The notes under the pieces were generated by a model. The model was not told where the DNA came from, searched no databases, and worked only from the letters and a program-made list of their open reading frames with translations. Positions 46,802 to 57,043 of a DNA stretch of 64,000 nt are shown here, in pieces. Source of the DNA: Syntrophus aciditrophicus (GTDB taxonomy: Bacteria > Desulfobacterota > Syntrophia > Syntrophales > UBA5619); NCBI GenBank assembly GCA_020722315.1, contig DYLD01000001.1, positions 13,296 to 77,295 of the forward strand, in the 5' to 3' direction. How positions within the stretch are numbered: the stretch's first letter is position 1; the number at the start of each line of letters is the position of its first letter. The position numbers and the translations under genes are program-made.

Positions 46802-46998
46802 ACCACTGAAAAATGGCGCCTGAAGCGCAAAATTATTGATTTTTCTTAGGTACCCCGCCATCAAAGAGCAAGGCTTTTAACGGCGTTAAGAACGCGAACG
46901 ATTCCAGAGCGTTTAGTCCCGTAGAGCCTTGCTCTTTGAGACGCTGCGGGGTCGAAAAAGATTTCGTCAGCTTAAAAGGGGCGTTTTGCAAAGGTCTC
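46802..46998. repeat. ~190-bp palindromic intergenic repeat, copy D (same orientation as C)
   Basis: It aligns with copy C and, in reverse complement, with A and B. It has an internal palindrome CAAAGAGCAAGGCT...AGCCTTGCTCTTTG. Confidence 0.85.
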
Positions 46999-47074
46999 GC
47001 GGTGCTGTGCTGACGCTTTATTGCTCATTTGACATGTACGATTAGAGGCGATCTCGGAAGGCTGCAGGAAAAAC

Positions 47075-47326
47075 ACGCCGGAACGGCATTTGTATCCATT
47101 CCGTGTCTGGCCAAGATCAAGGTTGCCGACCTGCTTTAAGGCCTTTGAACTTGGTGCGGAGGGGGTTTTGCTTGTCGGCTGCCTCTCAGATGATTGTCCT
47201 TATGAACAGGGCGATGTCTGGGCCGGGCGCCTGCATCTTCAGTGCACTGCCGGCATCCGGACCGGAGCAATGGACAGCTTGCCGGAAGAATTCACAGGCA
47301 AGCTAAAAGGGCTGTCAGTCTCTTAA
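47075..47326 (+). pseudogene. MvhD/FlpD-like (hydrogenase/heterodisulfide-reductase-associated) domain remnant
   Basis: One frame reads FVSIPCLAKIKVADLL*. The next reads KAFELGAEGVLLVGCLSDDCPYEQGDVWAGR, compared with MvhD ...[35 protein letters not shown]. The N-terminal Cys motif is absent and there is at least one frameshift. Confidence 0.4.
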
Positions 47327-47900
47327 GGCCCCCTGCCAGGGAATCTTCGCAGCCGAGGAGGAAGGCCAATTCATCCGGCCTGAAGGAAAGTCGCTTGAAA
47401 ATTTTATCTTCAAGTCCCTTGGATCGTTCCCGGAGCACATGCAGCAATTTCATGCGCTCTGCCGTCGTTCCGTACCTTTCCATAATATAATTCATCCGTT
47501 CCTCCAGAGAAGCGATACTGCTGTGAAGGACACGTTTATCCGCATAATTAACAACTTCCGCTTCGGTAATTCGATCATCAGGGACAGATTCATAGATGAA
47601 TACATGCTGGCCAATGATCCTGCCGACTTCAGGATAACCCCTGGAGGCAAGCAATATCTCCCCCGTCTTTGCATGATCCTCTTTGGTCTGGAGGCTTTTT
47701 ATCTTCGTGATGTCGTGCAGCAGAGCGCCTGCTCCAACAAGCTCCCTGTTCAAAGGATGATCAAACAGATGGTCGGCCAGAAACAGCGAAACCCTCTGAA
47801 CCTGAACGGAGTGCGCTATGATGTTTTGCGGCATCCCCATCTCGGCAATCATTGCATAACATTCTTTCTCAGACGGGATTTCTGTTTGTCCGGTACTCAT
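47292..47900 (-). CDS. HD (HDIG)-domain phosphohydrolase
   Basis: Contains IIAHSVQV and ...GALLHDITK...RGYPEVGRIIGQH. Confidence 0.7.
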   Translation of the reverse strand: MSTGQTEIPSEKECYAMIAEMGMPQNIIAHSVQVQRVSLFLADHLFDHPLNRELVGAGALLHDITKIKSLQTKEDHAKTGEILLASRGYPEVGRIIGQHVFIYESVPDDRITEAEVVNYADKRVLHSSIASLEERMNYIMERYGTTAERMKLLHVLRERSKGLEDKIFKRLSFRPDELAFLLGCEDSLAGGLKRLTALLACL

Positions 47901-47986
47901 ACTTAATAATCATTTTATCAAATCCCGCATTGGAAATCCATCTATTTTTGCGGCCCCATCCCCCGGTGTCATCCAACAAAATCCCC

Positions 47987-48016
47987 TTGACATAACCGTC
48001 CCACGTCTTCTATCAT
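47987..48016 (+). promoter_or_regulatory. Sigma-70-like promoter for the DUF59 gene
   Basis: TTGACA (47987-47992), an 18-nt spacer, then TATCAT (48011-48016). Confidence 0.4.
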
Positions 48017-48102
48017 AAAAAGCAGTTGGACCTTTCATATCCGGTAGCAATCACAGAACGGTCCTTGGGAAAAAACACCACGATGATTGAAAGGGGGAAA
48101 TT

Positions 48103-48411
48103 ATGGGCGGAAACGTTTCCTTGGAGGATGTACAAGAGGCGGTGGGAAAGGTGATGCACCCGGCGATAAACAGCACCCTTCTGGATTTAGGGATAGTCAA
48201 GGATATAGACTTTGACGGCATCAATGCAAGCCTCACACTTGCGCTGCCGGCGTTGAACATTCCCCCGGCGATTACCAACTATATGATCGACAGCCTCACT
48301 GAGGCCCTACAGGAAATCGGTGTGGGAATCAACGTCAACACAAGGGAAATGGACGACGAGGAGAGGCAAAGATTTTTCTCGCTCGAACAGCAAAACTGGA
48401 AAGGGCTATAA
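48103..48411 (+). CDS. DUF59/MIP18-family (Fe-S assembly-related) small protein
   Basis: Contains VQEAVGKVMHPAINSTLLDLGIVKDI, the typical DUF59 N-terminal pattern. Confidence 0.6.
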   Translation: MGGNVSLEDVQEAVGKVMHPAINSTLLDLGIVKDIDFDGINASLTLALPALNIPPAITNYMIDSLTEALQEIGVGINVNTREMDDEERQRFFSLEQQNWKGL

Positions 48412-48428
48412 CGGGGAAAACTGCTAAG

Positions 48429-49874
48429 TTATTCTATCGTCCAGATCGTTTCGGCCGCTGTGTCCCTGATTGAAACGCCCGTTTCGGCCAGCTTTTTGCG
48501 TATCCGATCGGCCCGCTGCCAGTCCCGGGCCTTTCTCGCTTCGTTGCGTTCGGCGATGAGGCTTTCGATTTGGGCAGTATTCAAACCCCTCTTTGTTGTC
48601 TCCCTTTCTCTGTCCTGGAGAAGATATGCTGCCGGATCTTCAAGAAACACGCCGAGCACCTTTCCTATCTCCAAAAACCGCCCGGTCATGAATGCAGCGG
48701 CATCAGAGGAGATCAGGTTTTTGGCAAGGTCGGCGTTGACGGCGCGGGCTGCGTCAAAGAGGTATCCTATCGCACGCGCGGTGTTGAAATCATCATCCAT
48801 CGCCTCAATGAATCGATCCCGAAGCTTCTCGATTTCTTCAGCGGCTGAAGAGGCAACTTTCTTCGGTTCCTTCGTAGGGATTGCGGCAATCTCCTGAAGC
48901 GACTTCAGGACGGAATAAAGGCGATTCATGCCCTGCCTGGCCTCGTTGAGCGCGGCATCCGAAAAATCAACCGGGCTTCGGTAGTGACTCTGCAAGAAAA
49001 AGAAACGGAGCACTTCGGGGTGGTACTTTTGAAGGATGTCCCGGATCGTAAAGAAGTTGCCCAGCGATTTCGACATCTTTTCGCTGTTCACCCTGACAAA
49101 GCCGTTGTGCAGCCAGTATCGGGCAAACGGTTTCCCCGTTGCCCCTTCCGACTGGGCGATCTCGTTTTCGTGATGCGGGAAAATCAGGTCCTCTCCGCCG
49201 CCGTGAATATCAAGCGTCTCTCCAAGATAACGCTGGGACATCACCGAACATTCGATATGCCATCCGGGGCGTCCCTTTCCCCACGGGCTTTCCCACCAGG
49301 GTTCCCCTTCTTTGCTGGCTTTCCAGAGCACAAAATCAAGAGGGTTCTTCTTTTTTTCATTCACATCGATACGCGCCCCGGCCATCATTTCTTCGAGATT
49401 CCGTCCGGAAAGCTTGCCATACCCCGGAAAATCCTGCACGGAGAAGTAGACATCCTGATCGATGACATAGGCCAGTCCCTTTTTCAGGAGCGCGGATACG
49501 AGATCGATCATCCCTTCGATATTCTCGGTAGCCCTGGGCGTGACATCAGGAACGGCGACATGAAGTTTTTTCATGTCCACGTCGTGCTCGACGATATAAC
49601 GCTCGGCTATTTGCTTGATATCGCTCCCCTCACGATTTGCCTTGTCGATAATCTTGTCGTCGATATCGGTAAAATTCTTCACATAGGTCACATCATAGCC
49701 GATGTAGCGAAGATAGGCGACAATCACATCGAACACGACCGCTGAACGGGCATGCCCTACATGACAGAGATCATAGGCGGTGATACCGCAAACGTAAATC
49801 CCAACCTTATTATCCTTGAGCGGATGAAACTCCTCTTTCTTTCTCGACTGGGTATTGTAGATTTTCAGCGTCAT
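48429..49874 (-). CDS. cysS: Cysteine--tRNA ligase
   Basis: Contains YVCGITAYDLCHVGHAR (HIGH region), KMSKSLGN and WHIECS. Confidence 0.95.
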   Translation of the reverse strand: MTLKIYNTQSRKKEEFHPLKDNKVGIYVCGITAYDLCHVGHARSAVVFDVIVAYLRYIGYDVTYVKNFTDIDDKIIDKANREGSDIKQIAERYIVEHDVDMKKLHVAVPDVTPRATENIEGMIDLVSALLKKGLAYVIDQDVYFSVQDFPGYGKLSGRNLEEMMAGARIDVNEKKKNPLDFVLWKASKEGEPWWESPWGKGRPGWHIECSVMSQRYLGETLDIHGGGEDLIFPHHENEIAQSEGATGKPFARYWLHNGFVRVNSEKMSKSLGNFFTIRDILQKYHPEVLRFFFLQSHYRSPVDFSDAALNEARQGMNRLYSVLKSLQEIAAIPTKEPKKVASSAAEEIEKLRDRFIEAMDDDFNTARAIGYLFDAARAVNADLAKNLISSDAAAFMTGRFLEIGKVLGVFLEDPAAYLLQDRERETTKRGLNTAQIESLIAERNEARKARDWQRADRIRKKLAETGVSIRDTAAETIWTIE

Positions 49875-49889
49875 TTCTTCTCCTTATCG

Positions 49890-50927
49890 TCATGGATAAA
49901 GCCCCGTGCGCGGAAGCCCCGTCTCTTCGGGAAGATTGCACATCAGGTTCATATTCTGAATCGCCTGACCGGAGGCTCCCTTGACGAGGTTATCGATCGC
50001 GGTGACGGCGATAAGGCGGCCGGTCCTCTTATCGATTGTAACGCCGATATCACAAAAATTGGAGCCGGCCACACTGGAGATATTGGGAAACTGACCGGCG
50101 CGATAGATTCGCACAAAGGGTTCCTTCCCGTAGAACTTGCGGTAAATCTCGAGCACCTCTTCGGCACCGATATCCTTCACAAGCTTGCCGTAGAGCGTGG
50201 TGAGTATGCCCCTCTTGACCGGCAGAAGATGCGGTACAAACGAAATCGTCATCTGCCGGCCTGCAAGGATGCCCAGTTCCTGTTCCATCTCCGGGATGTG
50301 CCTGTGGCCTTCGACCTTGTAAGCCTTAAATCCCTCCGCCACCTCGCAGAAAAGAGACGCGATCTGCGGCTCTCGGCCGGAGCCGCTGACTCCGGACTTG
50401 GAATCGGCGATTACCGATGAGGGCTCTATCAATCCGGATCGCAAAGCAGGGGCCAACCCCAGTATGACGCTTGTCGGATAGCACCCCGGATTGGCAAGAA
50501 GACGGGCGTTGCGGATCCGATCCCGGTACAGTTCAGGAAGTCCGTAAACGGCTTCTTCAATCAACGCGGCTGCTGTGTGTTTACGATACCATGATTCATA
50601 AACGGCTATATCCCGAATCCGGAAGTCCGCACTCAGGTCAATGACCTTCTTGCCCGCCTCGAGAAAAATGGGTGCAACCCCCATCGATACCCCGTGTGGA
50701 AGCGCCAGGAATACCAGATCGGCGCTATTGCCCAGGACCTCCGGTTTCTCATCGGTGAAGACAAGGTCAGTTTGTCCAACAAACACCGGATAGACTTCTG
50801 CAACGGGAACCCCGGCAAATCTCCGGGAGGTTATCGACACAACCTGCGCCTCGGGATGGGCCAACAAAAGCCTCAACAATTCCTCGCCGGTATAACCGCT
50901 TCCGCCATAGATGCATATTTTGATCAA
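49890..50927 (-). CDS. argC: N-acetyl-gamma-glutamyl-phosphate reductase
   Basis: TTG start after an AGGAGG RBS. Contains IYGGSGYTGEELLRLL...LANPGCYPTS and ...DNLVKGASGQAIQNMN. Confidence 0.9.
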   Translation of the reverse strand: MIKICIYGGSGYTGEELLRLLLAHPEAQVVSITSRRFAGVPVAEVYPVFVGQTDLVFTDEKPEVLGNSADLVFLALPHGVSMGVAPIFLEAGKKVIDLSADFRIRDIAVYESWYRKHTAAALIEEAVYGLPELYRDRIRNARLLANPGCYPTSVILGLAPALRSGLIEPSSVIADSKSGVSGSGREPQIASLFCEVAEGFKAYKVEGHRHIPEMEQELGILAGRQMTISFVPHLLPVKRGILTTLYGKLVKDIGAEEVLEIYRKFYGKEPFVRIYRAGQFPNISSVAGSNFCDIGVTIDKRTGRLIAVTAIDNLVKGASGQAIQNMNLMCNLPEETGLPRTGLYP

Positions 50928-50976
50928 TTACCCCTCCTCGTTGGAACATGTATTATCCCTGTTTCCACTCACCACC

Positions 50977-51003
50977 AAAAAAAGGGAGGCCGATCAGCCT
51001 CCC
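50977..51003 (-). terminator. Intrinsic terminator after rpsI
   Basis: The minus strand reads GGGAGGC-UGAUCG-GCCUCCC followed by UUUUUUU. Confidence 0.7.
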
Positions 51004-51011
51004 TTTGGGAT

Positions 51012-51404
51012 TTATCTCTTGGAGAACTGGAAACGTTTCCGTGCCCCCGGCTGACCGTACTTTTTTCTTTCCTTTACGCGGGAATCACGGGTAAGAAAAC
51101 CTGCCTTTTTCAACGGCGCCCTCAGGTCGGGATCGTATACGATCAGGGCCTTCGAAATTCCATGTTTGATCGCACCCGCCTGGCCGGCGATCCCCCCTCC
51201 ACTAACACTTATATCAAAACTCAGAAGTCCCTTCTTCCCGGTGATTTCGAGAGGCTGCTGGATCAGCATCTTCAAACTCTCCCTGGTAAAGTAATCATCA
51301 AAATTCCGCTTGTTTACCGTCCATTCCTGTTGGCCTTCCTTCAGGTAAACCTTGGCAATAGCGCTTTTTCTTTTTCCCGTCGCGTAAAAGCTTTTTTGTG
51401 TCAT
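51012..51404 (-). CDS. rpsI: 30S ribosomal protein S9
   Basis: Ends ...[11 protein letters not shown]. Size is 130 aa. Confidence 0.95.
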   Translation of the reverse strand: MTQKSFYATGKRKSAIAKVYLKEGQQEWTVNKRNFDDYFTRESLKMLIQQPLEITGKKGLLSFDISVSGGGIAGQAGAIKHGISKALIVYDPDLRAPLKKAGFLTRDSRVKERKKYGQPGARKRFQFSKR

Positions 51405-51455
51405 TCCATTCTCCCTAAAGCATATTTAAACCGCCAGATATGATTCCCGATAACG

Positions 51456-51884
51456 CTACAATTCCAGGACGCGTGGACACTGAGCTTCATGGGGATGATC
51501 GCTTCCAGCGTATATTTTGAGCTTTTTCAACATCGCCCGTCCCAGCGTGTTCTTCGGAAGCATGCCCCTGACTGCGGCCCTGATAAGTTCTTCGGGTTTT
51601 TTATTAAGCATATCGCCGGCGGCTGTTTCCCGAAGCCCCCCGGGGTAACCGGAGTGTCTGTAGTAGATTTTATCCGTCGGTTTCTTGCCTGTAAGGACCA
51701 ATCCTCCGGCATTCACAACAATGACAAAATCACCTGTATCCGTATGGGAGGTATAGTTCGGCTTGTGTTTTCCCCGTAAACGCCGGGCAATTTCGCTTGC
51801 CATCCTGCCAAGCACCTTCCCGTTTGCGTCAACGAGATACCAATCACGCGGAACTTCTCCCTTTCTTGCCTGATATGTTTTCAT
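51456..51884 (-). CDS. rplM: 50S ribosomal protein L13
   Basis: Start trimmed to [20 protein letters not shown].... Confidence 0.95.
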   Translation of the reverse strand: MKTYQARKGEVPRDWYLVDANGKVLGRMASEIARRLRGKHKPNYTSHTDTGDFVIVVNAGGLVLTGKKPTDKIYYRHSGYPGGLRETAAGDMLNKKPEELIRAAVRGMLPKNTLGRAMLKKLKIYAGSDHPHEAQCPRVLEL

Positions 51885-51954
51885 TTCTCTCCCACCACTC
51901 ATAGTTTTGACGCTGCAAGCTACGCAAATTAGCCATCGTTGTCAAGGAAAAAAT

Positions 51955-54126
51955 TTAATTATTTCTCCCTAGACCCAGAAGCGAAAAATAGACCATGAAG
52001 CTTCGGTCTTTTTTGTTATTCTGATCATCTTTCTCGGTAACACTGAACCCCAGGGACCAGCACTGTTTCCGGTACGTGAGCCCTAACGTAGATTCCACGG
52101 TTCGGTGGTCAAGCATGTTTTCATTCAGTAGATACATAAGTCCCAATCTCTTACTGATCTCGGCCTTGACGGAAAGATTGATTCCCTCCAGCGTATCTTT
52201 CGTGTAACGGTAGCCGTACGAGAGAGAATCCCCGCGACTATCGGATAAAACCAGGTCATAATTGTTCTGTTTCATCCCACCGGAAGTCACGTCGAAGGTA
52301 TTACGCGCCGAAAGCCAGAAAAAAGAAAAAGGGGAAACATCCAATTCCGTTATGATATCGCCGAACGGTCGATTGTCCTTTTGTCCCGTGTCGTCACGTC
52401 TCGCCTCGATGATATCGTATACCTGACTGATCTTAAAACGCATCAGCTCACGGTAGATGAACCTATCATCATCCTGCCTTATCTTCGCGGTAAGGGTGTT
52501 GACTATTCCATACGTAACTGCATTATACGGTAACACTGCACCCAGAAAGGATGGGAAAGTTTTGTCATATACGCGGGGTATATGGGTATATTGATACGAA
52601 AGCTCCGGCTTGATAACATGTCTCAACTTTTCAACCGCTTGCGAACGAAGGGTAAAAACACGGTTCACTTCAGTAGAAACAGCGGCCCCAACGTTAAAGA
52701 CATTCCGTTCGCCGCTTTTGTCTTTGGTCATCAGCGAATCACTGCGATCCCAGGCACTCATGCCGACCCCGGCCCACGGCGTAACCTGAAAATACTGCAA
52801 TACATTAAACGGCAGATACAAGGTCGGATTCAGTTCCCACAGATGCCCCTTCTGCTCTTCTTCGCTGAAGTAATAATCATAGCCGGCGGTAAATCCCATC
52901 TCCAGAGGACTTTCAAACAACGGCCGCCGAAAGCCGGTCAGCTTCACCTCGGGGTATTTCTGCAACGTCGCGCCATTATCCGTTGAAGAAAAATCATCCG
53001 TGTATTTGGCCAGAGCCGTCAGGTTGTAAAGCTGCCAATCTTTTGTTACCGCCAGTGTCGAAGAAAGATAGCTGACGGAGTCATCAGCCTTGAATGAAAC
53101 ACGATTGAATCTATCCTCTTTAGCAACCGAATAATGATCCAGATAATAGTTGAACGAATCGAAATCCTGAAAATACCGATGATCCGAAACCCTATTGACA
53201 TCGGCACTGATTCTTAAACTATCGGGAAGGATGGTTTCGTGGTTGAGATAATACGACCATCTTTTCCGGCTGCCTTGCGAGTTCGGCCTTATTGTACCGC
53301 CTGTTTCAGCTACTGCTTTTTTATCATTAATAAAATCCCCGTAGAAGACACCCGAGGTGCCTGGATCCGGGAAATAGCGAAACTCAAGTCCTTCCTTGAA
53401 CCCGCGTTTTTGTATGTAACGCGTGTATAAAGTCATATCGGCACTTTCCGAAAATGCCCAGTAGAAAGGGACCTCGACGTCCGGTCCGTTTTCGGAGGAG
53501 TATGTTAAATGAGGGAATAGAAACCCGGATTGCCTTGTTGTTTTCGCGGGAAAGATAAACCACGGAAAATACAAAAGAGGGATATCCCGAACAAGAAAAC
53601 GACCGTCTTTCACCGTGCCGTAGCCATCGACGGTAATATCCAGTTTCCCGGCTGCTATTCTCCAGTCAGGCTGTATGCCGTCGCAGGTTGTGACCGAGCC
53701 GTTCTGCAGGCTGTAATCCGCGTCGGATTTCTTTTCTATGGTCTCTCCACGAACATATAGGTGATTATCGGAAATGAACATCTCTCCGTCCTCGATCAAC
53801 CCGGTTTTAGAGCCGATGTCGAAGAAAACCCTATCACCTTCGATAAGATCGCTATTGCTTTTCAGCTCAACATTGCCCGCTGCCCGGGCCTTATTCAGAG
53901 CATGATAAAACGTGACCGAATCAGCCTTCAGATATCCGCCGGAAAAGGTTATAAGGACATCGCCATTTGCCGAATAGGTGTCCCGATCGCCTTCGTAGAC
54001 AATGCTGTCGGCCTCGATCGAAACAGGCCCTTGTTGAAAATCCAAATCCAGGGCATAGAGTCGAGGCACCGCCAAGACCAGCAAAAAGACTACTGCCAGC
54101 GAAAAACCGCCCTCCCGCTTTCGCAC
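51955..54126 (-). CDS. lptD: LPS-assembly protein LptD (OstA family)
   Basis: 723 aa. It has a signal peptide, an N-terminal OstA-like region and a large beta-barrel-type C-terminus. Confidence 0.75.
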   Translation of the reverse strand: MRKREGGFSLAVVFLLVLAVPRLYALDLDFQQGPVSIEADSIVYEGDRDTYSANGDVLITFSGGYLKADSVTFYHALNKARAAGNVELKSNSDLIEGDRVFFDIGSKTGLIEDGEMFISDNHLYVRGETIEKKSDADYSLQNGSVTTCDGIQPDWRIAAGKLDITVDGYGTVKDGRFLVRDIPLLYFPWFIFPAKTTRQSGFLFPHLTYSSENGPDVEVPFYWAFSESADMTLYTRYIQKRGFKEGLEFRYFPDPGTSGVFYGDFINDKKAVAETGGTIRPNSQGSRKRWSYYLNHETILPDSLRISADVNRVSDHRYFQDFDSFNYYLDHYSVAKEDRFNRVSFKADDSVSYLSSTLAVTKDWQLYNLTALAKYTDDFSSTDNGATLQKYPEVKLTGFRRPLFESPLEMGFTAGYDYYFSEEEQKGHLWELNPTLYLPFNVLQYFQVTPWAGVGMSAWDRSDSLMTKDKSGERNVFNVGAAVSTEVNRVFTLRSQAVEKLRHVIKPELSYQYTHIPRVYDKTFPSFLGAVLPYNAVTYGIVNTLTAKIRQDDDRFIYRELMRFKISQVYDIIEARRDDTGQKDNRPFGDIITELDVSPFSFFWLSARNTFDVTSGGMKQNNYDLVLSDSRGDSLSYGYRYTKDTLEGINLSVKAEISKRLGLMYLLNENMLDHRTVESTLGLTYRKQCWSLGFSVTEKDDQNNKKDRSFMVYFSLLGLGRNN

Positions 54127-54147
54127 CTGGCCATTTTCTCCTTTGGT

Positions 54148-55419
54148 TTAAAAATCTGGTTTGCCCTGATAAACCTTTTTCACCTCTCCAACAAGGTAGA
54201 GAGAACCGGCGACACAGACAAGATCGTCCTTTTGGGCATATCTCAACGCATATTTCAGCGCATCAACAGGACTGGTAATGGTCTTTACATTTTTGCTGAA
54301 TTCGATGGCGATCGGCTGCAGGACACGTGGATCAAGTGCCCTTTCAGAAGGGGGGGAAGTGATAATGACAGCATCGGCCAGGGGGAAAAGCCTCTTTACC
54401 ATCGCCCGGTAGTTTTTATCCCCCATGACTCCAAAAACAAGGATAAGATGCCGATAGATAAAATCATTTTTGAGAGCGCGGCAAAGCGTGGCGACCCCCG
54501 CGGGATTATGAGCCCCATCAAGGACCACCAATGGCGAACGCTGAACGATCTCCAGCCTTCCCTCCCACCTTGCAGTTTCAAGGCCTTTACGAACAGCTTC
54601 GTCGGCTACTTTAAACCCGGAAGATGCCAGATTTTCGATCACGGCAAGTGCCAGAGCCGTATTGGATATCTGATGCCTTCCTAGAAACGGACTGTTCAAA
54701 TGGTTGAATTCTCTGATCTCGCCACGATACGAAAAAGTCTGATCCCGATGAACACAGGTATGAAAATCTCTTCCCATCCTGTATAAACTCGCATGGTTCT
54801 TTTTACAGATCCCTTCCAATACAGCGATCACCGGCTTTTGTTTTGCAGCGGTTATGCAAACCTTTCTTTCTTTTATAATGCCGCCCTTTTCATACGCGAT
54901 CTTCTCAAGCGTGTGCCCGAGGTACTCCTCATGTTCCCGGGCAATGTTGGTGACGACGGAAACAACGGCATCAGCCACGTTAGTTGCATCCAGTCTCCCG
55001 CCCAAACCCACTTCCAGCACGGCGATATCAATTTTCCGGCGCTGAAAATGCAAAAAGGCCATCGCGGTGACAAATTCAAAATAACTGACCGTCTCGACCA
55101 CGTCCTTCTTTACGGCTTCAACACACTCAACGGTGCTTTCCGGGGTGATCATTTCCCCGTTTATCCGTATCCTCTCCCGGAAATCAATAAGATCCGGAGA
55201 GGTATAAAGCCCCGTTTTAAAACCGGCGGTATTTAATATCGAAGCGGCCATTGCGGCAACGGATCCTTTGCCGTTCGTCCCTGCTATTAAAATTGACGGA
55301 TATGCGCTTTGTGGATTGCCTAGTCGCTGAAGAAGCGCCCGGACCGGCCCAAGCCCCAGACGGATGCCCATCGGATTCAATTTGTTCAAGTATGCCAGCG
55401 CTTCAGTATAGGTCATCAT
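54148..55419 (-). CDS. folC: Folylpolyglutamate synthase/dihydrofolate synthase
   Basis: Contains IAGTNGKGS and ...EVGLGGRLDATNV...DGAHNP. Confidence 0.9.
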   Translation of the reverse strand: MMTYTEALAYLNKLNPMGIRLGLGPVRALLQRLGNPQSAYPSILIAGTNGKGSVAAMAASILNTAGFKTGLYTSPDLIDFRERIRINGEMITPESTVECVEAVKKDVVETVSYFEFVTAMAFLHFQRRKIDIAVLEVGLGGRLDATNVADAVVSVVTNIAREHEEYLGHTLEKIAYEKGGIIKERKVCITAAKQKPVIAVLEGICKKNHASLYRMGRDFHTCVHRDQTFSYRGEIREFNHLNSPFLGRHQISNTALALAVIENLASSGFKVADEAVRKGLETARWEGRLEIVQRSPLVVLDGAHNPAGVATLCRALKNDFIYRHLILVFGVMGDKNYRAMVKRLFPLADAVIITSPPSERALDPRVLQPIAIEFSKNVKTITSPVDALKYALRYAQKDDLVCVAGSLYLVGEVKKVYQGKPDF

Positions 55420-55517
55420 ATATCTTCCAAATGCGCTAATTGAGACCGATGATCATGCAATTTTCAACAAGGCCGCTTTAGAAAGGTCCGAAATGAATGC
55501 AAACAAAATGATTGTAT

Positions 55518-55552
55518 AAAAAAAGAGACGGGTTTATGGCCCGCCTCTTTTT
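55518..55552 (-). terminator. Intrinsic (bidirectional-looking) terminator after rplQ
   Basis: A GAGGCGGG-loop-CCCGTCTC hairpin flanked by A and T runs. Confidence 0.7.
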
Positions 55553-55555
55553 GAG

Positions 55556-55960
55556 CTATTCTTCCTTCGCGGCGGATTTTTTCTTTGCCGCTTTATCACG
55601 TTTTTTACTTGAGACCAGCTCAATAATACTCATCGGGGCATTATCGCCGACGCGATTTCCAGAATGGACAAGTCTTGTATATCCTCCCTGTCGATCTTTG
55701 TATCGCTCTGACAACTCCCCGAACAATTTCCCCACCATCTCCCTCTCCCGAATATAGGCGGCAGCCTGCCGCCGGGCATGCATATCTCCCCTCTTGCCGA
55801 GCGTGATCATCTTATCAGCCATTTTTTTCAATTCCTGAGCTTTGACAGTCGTTGTATGAATGGTTTCATACTTCAGCAGAGACGTGACCATGTTTTTCAA
55901 CATCAAGCTGCGATGACTTGCGGTTCTGCCCAATTTACTCCCCAATCTAGCCCGACCCAT
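55556..55960 (-). CDS. rplQ: 50S ribosomal protein L17
   Basis: Contains [28 protein letters not shown]. Confidence 0.95.
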   Translation of the reverse strand: MGRARLGSKLGRTASHRSLMLKNMVTSLLKYETIHTTTVKAQELKKMADKMITLGKRGDMHARRQAAAYIREREMVGKLFGELSERYKDRQGGYTRLVHSGNRVGDNAPMSIIELVSSKKRDKAAKKKSAAKEE

Positions 55961-56000
55961 TGAATCTATCCTTTCGCGATTAACAAAACCCTGCTACTTT

Positions 56001-57005
56001 TTATGCTTTTTCTTTCTTGCCGGCCTTCGCCCAAAAATCAGGATCCAGTTTCATCCCAAATCCGAGTCCCGCTTCCCTTAAAACTTCCTTGATCTCATTG
56101 AGGGATTTCCGGCCAAAATTCTTTGTTTTCAGCATCTCGGCTTCAGTTTTCTCTACGAGTTCTCCAATGAGATTGATCCCCGCGTTTTTCAAACAGTTAG
56201 CGGATCTGACCGAAAGTTCCAATTCATCCACACTTCGATAAAGGAGTTCATTACTCTGCTCGGTATCAGCTTCTTCTTGTGGAGCACCTTCTTCCGCTTC
56301 TTCTTCAGGAAAATTGATGAATAAGTCAATCTGCTCCTTAAGAATCTCCGCGGCGTAAGCTACAGCATCCTCCGGCAAAACGCTTCCATCCGTCCATACC
56401 TCCAAAACCAAACGGTCATAGTCCGCAACCTGACCGACGCGCGCGTAGGTAACCGTGTAATTGACCTTTTTTATCGGTGAAAAAATGGCATCGATATTGA
56501 TGGTTCCTTCCGGCTGTTCGGGATCCCTTTCTTTCTGGGCAGGAACATAACCCTTTCCTGACTTGACCACCATTTCGGCCTTCAGCGAAGCTCCCTCCAT
56601 CAACGTGGCAATGTGGTGCTCCGGGTTAAGAATCTCTATCGTCGGACCGGCCTCTATATCGCCCGCAGTAACTTCCCCTTCACGGGATATATCCAGGTGT
56701 ACGGTTCTCGGTCCTTCGTCATTAAGTTTAAGACGCACCCCCTTAAGATTCAATATGATATCCGTCACATCCTCTTTAACACCGGGAATGGTCGAAAATT
56801 CATGAAAAACGCCATCAAACTTCACGGAAACGATAGCGGCACCCTGTATCGAGGAAAGAAGCACCCTGCGCAAGGCGTTTCCCAGTGTAATCCCAAAGCC
56901 GCGTTCGAGCGGCTGGCAGAGAAACTCGGCGTAGAATCTCGTATGTGTGGACTGATCTATCTCTATCTTTTTCGGCTTAATCAAACTCCGCGGGTTCTTA
57001 TGCAT
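56001..57005 (-). CDS. rpoA: DNA-directed RNA polymerase subunit alpha
   Basis: Start trimmed to [13 protein letters not shown].... Contains [21 protein letters not shown]. Confidence 0.95.
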   Translation of the reverse strand: MHKNPRSLIKPKKIEIDQSTHTRFYAEFLCQPLERGFGITLGNALRRVLLSSIQGAAIVSVKFDGVFHEFSTIPGVKEDVTDIILNLKGVRLKLNDEGPRTVHLDISREGEVTAGDIEAGPTIEILNPEHHIATLMEGASLKAEMVVKSGKGYVPAQKERDPEQPEGTINIDAIFSPIKKVNYTVTYARVGQVADYDRLVLEVWTDGSVLPEDAVAYAAEILKEQIDLFINFPEEEAEEGAPQEEADTEQSNELLYRSVDELELSVRSANCLKNAGINLIGELVEKTEAEMLKTKNFGRKSLNEIKEVLREAGLGFGMKLDPDFWAKAGKKEKA

Positions 57006-57043
57006 TATTGTCCCCTCTATCATCCTGATGGTTGACGGCAATT

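Noticed and set aside
53761-54684. 307-aa plus-strand ORF
   Set aside because: It spans the lptD/folC junction on the opposite strand and resembles no family.
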